Under the pieces are notes generated by a model. The model had not been told where the DNA came from. It was given only the letters and a program-made list of their open reading frames with translations, and ran no database searches. Position numbers and translations under genes: made by a program. A stretch of 24,000 nucleotides of DNA from contig ASRH01000005.1 in NCBI GenBank assembly GCA_000565255.1, positions 2,348-26,347 on the forward strand. The letters are read 5' to 3'. Within the stretch, counting starts at the first letter, position 1. Every line of letters starts with the position of its first letter. Positions 19,708-24,000 of this stretch are shown piece after piece. The stretch comes from Candidatus Aramenus sulfurataquae. GTDB lineage: Archaea; Thermoproteota; Thermoprotei_A; Sulfolobales; Sulfolobaceae.

Positions 19708-20152
19708 GCTTTTTCTTCTTAGTCTTTGCCTTTTTAGGCTTCTCCTTAACCGGTTTCGCTTCCTCCACGTCTGACCTGGCTACTATTTTATAGCCGTTGG
19801 ACGTCTCAACGACTATGAATGGAACTTTGGAAAAGTCCACGTTCACTCCGAGCACTGGGTTTTCCACGTTTATTGGAAAGTCGTCAAACTTCACTGTCTC
19901 GCCGATTTCCTTTGGTACACTAACCTTGTTGACGTAAACGGGGTAAGGGAACTTGTAGGTAACGTCTAGGTTGCTGTTTATGACCCTACCGTCCTTGGCG
20001 TTGAACACTACGACCTTTCCCTCGACGAAGCTATCCTCCAAGCTAGACGAATTGGACGCCTTTTCCTCCTTTTCTTTAACTAAGGAGATGAGAGAGATAA
20101 AGTCGTTTACTTTAATCAACTCGGGCCTATAATACTCAACGAGCACGCTCAA
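19649..20152 (-). CDS. Hypothetical protein with very basic Lys/Arg-rich C-terminal tail
   Basis: 167 aa, TTG start; tail [35 protein letters not shown]; 59-nt overlap with the ogg ORF in another frame. Confidence 0.7.
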   Translation of the reverse strand: MSVLVEYYRPELIKVNDFISLISLVKEKEEKASNSSSLEDSFVEGKVVVFNAKDGRVINSNLDVTYKFPYPVYVNKVSVPKEIGETVKFDDFPINVENPVLGVNVDFSKVPFIVVETSNGYKIVARSDVEEAKPVKEKPKKAKTKKKKRAKKSAKKRKVKGKSSRKG

Positions 20153-20233
20153 TTAGATCTACCTTATATTATTAAAAACGCATATTAAAATTCTGGCATA
20201 ATAACACTAGTAAAACCAAGGAAGATGGCGCGA

Positions 20234-20244
20234 AAAGTATAAAT
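20234..20244 (+). promoter_or_regulatory. Putative TATA box for the zinc-ribbon/95 aa gene pair
   Basis: AAAGTATAAAT about 30 nt upstream of ATG 20275; consistent with a leaderless or near-leaderless transcript. Confidence 0.5.
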
Positions 20245-20274
20245 AACAAGTGTATCCATAAGTTGTGGATAATC

Positions 20275-20493
20275 ATGAGCATAAGGACAAGAGGAATAAA
20301 CTCCTACGGCCACATGGGTTGGTTTACTGTAAAGTGCAGGATTTGCAATAGGTCGCTAAAAATAGGCGTCGATGTGATTTACAAGTGCCCTAAGTGCGAA
20401 AAGAAGTACAAGGCTTACTTCTGTGAAGCCGACAAGAGAGGACTTAAGGGCAAATGCCCCTACTGTGGAACTGAACTGGTACCTGTGATATGA
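20275..20493 (+). CDS. Small zinc-ribbon protein
   Basis: MSIRTRGINSYGHMGWFTVKCRICNRSLKIGVDVIYKCPKCEKKYKAYFCEADKRGLKGKCPYCGTELVPVI, with CRIC, CPKC and CPYC motifs. The track start (TTG 20263) is probably too far upstream given the TATA position. Confidence 0.75.
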   Translation: MSIRTRGINSYGHMGWFTVKCRICNRSLKIGVDVIYKCPKCEKKYKAYFCEADKRGLKGKCPYCGTELVPVI

Positions 20494-20777
20494 TAAAAAG
20501 GTACTCGATAGACAACAAAAGGGTTTTCCTCATTTTAGATAAGGGCATTTTATACGCTGACACCGAAATCGTAACTAGAAAGTTGAAGGGAAAGAGTAAG
20601 ATAGACTACGTTAACGTTAATGTGGACTTCAAGTACGGAAAGATTGTAAGGGTGGTGATCTGCAACGGACTATATAGCTTTATTTGCAACGCAATAGCTA
20701 AGGTGGAAAAAATAAGTGACGAAAACGTTGAAGACGCCTACAGGGAGCTTTTAAAAGAGCTAAATAAACTGGCGTGA
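20490..20777 (+). CDS. Hypothetical protein
   Basis: 95 aa; ATG overlaps the upstream TGA (ATGA), suggesting translational coupling with the zinc-ribbon gene. Confidence 0.6.
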   Translation: MIKRYSIDNKRVFLILDKGILYADTEIVTRKLKGKSKIDYVNVNVDFKYGKIVRVVICNGLYSFICNAIAKVEKISDENVEDAYRELLKELNKLA

Positions 20778-21055
20778 ACTCCCATTTCCTTCAGTTTCTC
20801 GTTTATCTTAGATACCACATCTACTAACTCACTCGCGTTCTTGCCCTCAACTTTTATTACCATGGCATAGCGTTTAACATCGTCGTTCAGGAAAACCGAG
20901 ACTAGTAAGTCATCTGATGGCGAACATATGTACGAGGCGCCAATCCTAATGGGCTTGCACATATCGCTCAGCATTTTGTCTAGCCCCAGGAACACTTCCC
21001 TAGTTCTTTGAGGCTCAGTCAGAACGTATAAACTTACGGAGAAGTTAGACGTCAT
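20738..21055 (-). CDS. Hypothetical protein
   Basis: 105 aa; 4-nt start/stop overlap with the upstream ORF, 40-nt convergent overlap with the plus-strand 95 aa ORF. Confidence 0.6.
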   Translation of the reverse strand: MTSNFSVSLYVLTEPQRTREVFLGLDKMLSDMCKPIRIGASYICSPSDDLLVSVFLNDDVKRYAMVIKVEGKNASELVDVVSKINEKLKEMGVHASLFSSFKSSL

Positions 21056-21429
21056 TTCAAGTTTACCCTCTTTACGGGTATTTTAGTTTGCTCTATTACC
21101 TTCTTAACATACTCGTATAAGGAGGGATCTCCATTTACCCTCTTTATCTTCAGTTTCCTATAGTTCAGCACGAGCACCGGGTTCCCGTCCTTTATCACTA
21201 GGATCTTCCCCCTTACCCTGCTGTAAATGTTCCTTATCAGTGTAACATAAACGAAGATCCCCTTTGAGGGTAGGTCGACCATGAATGCCTTCCCTACCTT
21301 ATACGTTGGCGTTACCTCGATTCCCTTTGGCGTTACCTCCTCAATAACTCCGTCTACCTTAAAGAGCACTGTCCTCATCACGTGTTTTCCAGACCTACTC
21401 TTTGAGTTATCTAATAATAGCCGAACCAT
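21052..21429 (-). CDS. Hypothetical beta-rich protein
   Basis: 125 aa from the track start; an internal ATG ([10 protein letters not shown], 21378) would remove the 23-nt overlap with the upstream reductase gene. Confidence 0.65.
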   Translation of the reverse strand: MVRLLLDNSKSRSGKHVMRTVLFKVDGVIEEVTPKGIEVTPTYKVGKAFMVDLPSKGIFVYVTLIRNIYSRVRGKILVIKDGNPVLVLNYRKLKIKRVNGDPSLYEYVKKVIEQTKIPVKRVNLK

Positions 21430-22387
21430 TCCTCAACTCCCTCATGGACTCCGCTACGCCCTCTAGGTCTATTTTGTCCTCTAAAAACGCGTCCACTAGA
21501 ACGCCGTTGGAGAGGAAAGTCTTGAGCATTTTCTTTCGTAAATAGTTATTTGAATTTATATATGTTTTTAGCAACAAGTACTGGATAGCTATCCTCCTCT
21601 CCAGCTTCCTAAGCCCTTGGCTTAGGGCTTCGTTAAACTCCTTTCCTTTGACGATTGCGTTAAAAGCCTCTTCAGCTGATATCGCGGAAGGCCTAATTCC
21701 CTCCCCACTCATGGGAAAAACGAGTCCTCTGGCCTCGCCAATCCTCCAGTCCTTTTCCTTAACTAAATCCACGGTAATTGGTGCTCCCCTGGTGTCGAGG
21801 ATCTCGTACTTCTTGAACTTGGACTTGAGGTAGTTGAACAACAACTCCTTTGAGTTCTTGTACTCTAGGAAACCCGCTCCTACGTTGTACACCCCATCCT
21901 CGTCTGGAAATATCCAGTAGAAGCCTGTGTACCTTGTGTCGAACTCTAGGACAGCAACATCGTCGAACTCCTCAGTCTTTATTATCGACCTCGTGGTGTA
22001 CACTACCTTCCTGTCCATTAAGTAAGGCCCCATAGCCTTCACTACGAGGTCAAAGTCTTTGCTGTTCACTTTAGCGTTTCCGATTACCTTCTTCCTCACC
22101 TCTTCTATCATGGAGTTTATCCATCCGGTCTTGTCTATGACGTTCCACTTTGTATGCCTATAGTTCACGTCATACACTTTTTCTCCGTCGACGTAGAAGG
22201 CAAAGTTCTTTATCCTGTACTTTACTCTCCAAGGTATCTTTGGCTCGTAAACGTTGGGAACGACGTCCCCACACGGCTTAAAGTACTTGCCCTTCAAGTC
22301 AAACAAAGTGACGTCGTAGCCGGACCTCTGAAGGAGGACTGACAGGTAGGAGCCGGCTACTCCTCCGCCAATCACTGCAATTTGCAT
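21407..22387 (-). CDS. Geranylgeranyl reductase family FAD-dependent oxidoreductase
   Basis: 326 aa; [32 protein letters not shown] (Rossmann), [52 protein letters not shown]. Confidence 0.88.
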   Translation of the reverse strand: MQIAVIGGGVAGSYLSVLLQRSGYDVTLFDLKGKYFKPCGDVVPNVYEPKIPWRVKYRIKNFAFYVDGEKVYDVNYRHTKWNVIDKTGWINSMIEEVRKKVIGNAKVNSKDFDLVVKAMGPYLMDRKVVYTTRSIIKTEEFDDVAVLEFDTRYTGFYWIFPDEDGVYNVGAGFLEYKNSKELLFNYLKSKFKKYEILDTRGAPITVDLVKEKDWRIGEARGLVFPMSGEGIRPSAISAEEAFNAIVKGKEFNEALSQGLRKLERRIAIQYLLLKTYINSNNYLRKKMLKTFLSNGVLVDAFLEDKIDLEGVAESMRELRNGSAIIR

Positions 22388-22457
22388 AATTGGAATATTT
22401 AGGTAAAGTATAAAAGAACCTTTGTTTTAAAACTCTTAATTACGCGGTGACCAGTTA

Positions 22458-24000
22458 TTGTTGAGTCAAGAATACGTTCTCAAAAAGATGGAGGAGTGGC
22501 CCAAACATTACGAACCGAAACAGATTGAGCCTAAGTGGCAAAACTTCTGGTTAAGCAAAGAAGCATGGGAGAAGATTTTCAAGTTCGACGAGGACTCAGA
22601 CAAGCCCGTGTTCTTTATCGATACTCCTCCACCGTTCACAAGCGGAGAGCTCCACATGGGACACGCGTATTGGGTAACAATAGCCGACACGATCGGTAGG
22701 TTCAAAAAGCTACAGGGGTATAACGTTCTTTTACCACAGGGTTGGGACACCCAAGGGCTACCCACTGAGCTCAAGGTTCAGTATAGACTGGGGATTCCAA
22801 AGGAGAACAAGGAACTTTTCCTACAGAAGTGCGTAGAGTGGACCCACGACATGATTGATAGAATGAAGAAGGCAATGATAAGGCTTGGCTACAGGCCAAA
22901 CTGGGAACAGTTTGAGTACAGGACGTTTGACCACGAGTACAGAAAGGTGATCCAGAAGAGCCTCTTGGACATGTACAGTAAAGGGCTAGTGAAAATGATG
23001 GAAGGGCCAGTGTACTGGTGCCCCAAGTGCGAGACAGCCTTGGCCCTGAGCGAAGTGGGATACATAGAGAAGGAAGGCATCTTAGTTTACGTGGGGTTCC
23101 CCCTAAAGGAAGGGGGAGAGATAGTGATAGCTACCACTAGGCCCGAGCTGATAGGGGCAACGCAGGCAATCGCAGTCCACCCGGACGACGAGAGGTACAA
23201 GAACCTCGTGGGGAAAGTGGCAATAGTTCCCCTGTTCAACAAGGAGGTTAAGATTATAGCTGACAACGAGGTGGAAAAGGACTTTGGTACTGGAGCTGTC
23301 ATGATAAGCACTTATGGAGACCCTCAAGACATAAAGTGGAAACTGAAGTACAACTTGCCATCTACGGAGCTCATAGACAACAAGGGGAGAATAAAGGGTA
23401 CTGGGATAGTTGACGGGCTCAAGGTAGAGGAAGCCAGGAAGAAGATAGTTGAAATACTCAAGGAAAAGGGTTTCGTAAGGAAAGTAGAGAAGATTAGGCA
23501 CAGGGTACTTGCACACACGGAAAGGAGTGACTGCATGTCGCCCATAGAGTTCTTGACGAAGAAGCAAGTATACATCGAGGTATTACCGTTTAGGGATAAG
23601 CTACTCGAGGAGTCTAAGAAGATGAAGTTCAAGCCCCCAAGAATGTCGTACTACCTTGAGGACTGGATTAGAAGCCTAGACTGGGACTGGAACATAAGTA
23701 GACAGAGGGTCTACGGCACTCCGTTACCTTTCTGGTACTGCGACAACAACCACTTAGTGCCTGCAAGAGAGGAAGACCTGCCAATAGACCCTACTAAGGC
23801 TAAGCCTCCTGCGGAGAAGTGTCCCCAGTGCGGTCTGCCATTAAAGCCCGTAACTGACGTAGCCGACGTCTGGGTAGACTCTAGCGTAACTGTCCTTTAC
23901 CTTTCTGGGTTTTATGGTAACAAAAAGAGATTCTCTAAGGCTTTCCCAGCTTCCCTGAGGTTACAGGGAACTGACATAATCAGGACGTGGCTGTTCTACA
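22458..24000 (+). CDS. valS: Valyl-tRNA synthetase, N-terminal part (gene runs off the window)
   Basis: Plus-strand reading: (TTG)(TTG)[29 protein letters not shown]...[53 protein letters not shown]..., open to the window end. TTG start at 22458 or 22461 with SD-like GGTGA at 22446-22450; ATG 22488 is an alternative. Confidence 0.93.
   Translation, partial: MLSQEYVLKKMEEWPKHYEPKQIEPKWQNFWLSKEAWEKIFKFDEDSDKPVFFIDTPPPFTSGELHMGHAYWVTIADTIGRFKKLQGYNVLLPQGWDTQGLPTELKVQYRLGIPKENKELFLQKCVEWTHDMIDRMKKAMIRLGYRPNWEQFEYRTFDHEYRKVIQKSLLDMYSKGLVKMMEGPVYWCPKCETALALSEVGYIEKEGILVYVGFPLKEGGEIVIATTRPELIGATQAIAVHPDDERYKNLVGKVAIVPLFNKEVKIIADNEVEKDFGTGAVMISTYGDPQDIKWKLKYNLPSTELIDNKGRIKGTGIVDGLKVEEARKKIVEILKEKGFVRKVEKIRHRVLAHTERSDCMSPIEFLTKKQVYIEVLPFRDKLLEESKKMKFKPPRMSYYLEDWIRSLDWDWNISRQRVYGTPLPFWYCDNNHLVPAREEDLPIDPTKAKPPAEKCPQCGLPLKPVTDVADVWVDSSVTVLYLSGFYGNKKRFSKAFPASLRLQGTDIIRTWLFY

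Noticed and set aside
23103-23567. 154 aa plus-strand ORF and the 62-102 aa minus-strand ORFs at 22508-23632.
   Set aside because: Shadow ORFs of valS; the valS frame is continuous and carries clear class I synthetase motifs.

Overview
The window is a compact chromosomal segment from a thermoacidophilic crenarchaeon of the Sulfolobales. That placement rests on gene content and the protein sequences; the moderate GC content suggests a Metallosphaera-like rather than a low-GC Saccharolobus/Sulfolobus genome (inference). Almost all of it is housekeeping sequence. Main content: a sufC-sufB-sufD Fe-S assembly cluster; an AbrB/PhoU-like regulator; an Hsp20-like protein; a PAC2 protein; the glycine cleavage system (gcvH, gcvT, split gcvPA/gcvPB); a SipW-type signal peptidase; enolase; the archaeal ESCRT cell-division cluster cdvA-cdvB-cdvC; a type IA topoisomerase; RNA polymerase subunit Rpo6; an aminotransferase and a SerA-like dehydrogenase; the archaeal Ogg glycosylase; several small uncharacterised ORFs; a geranylgeranyl reductase-like FAD protein; and the 5' part of valS. 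I see no mobile element, CRISPR array, tRNA or rRNA, and no unmistakable new multi-gene system. The most interesting signals are non-coding: (1) a 31-codon, Ser-rich leader ORF with its own promoter and Shine-Dalgarno (SD) motif upstream of serA, whose UCA-UCA-UCA run can pair with the serA SD; (2) three AATACC/GGTATT half-sites between TATA box and start codon of cdvA; (3) a C/D-box sRNA candidate just upstream of cdvA; (4) a GC-rich C/D-like element between the convergent cdvC and topoisomerase genes; (5) a putative cdvB TATA box inside the codons for the CdvA C-terminal tail. None of these was tested computationally.
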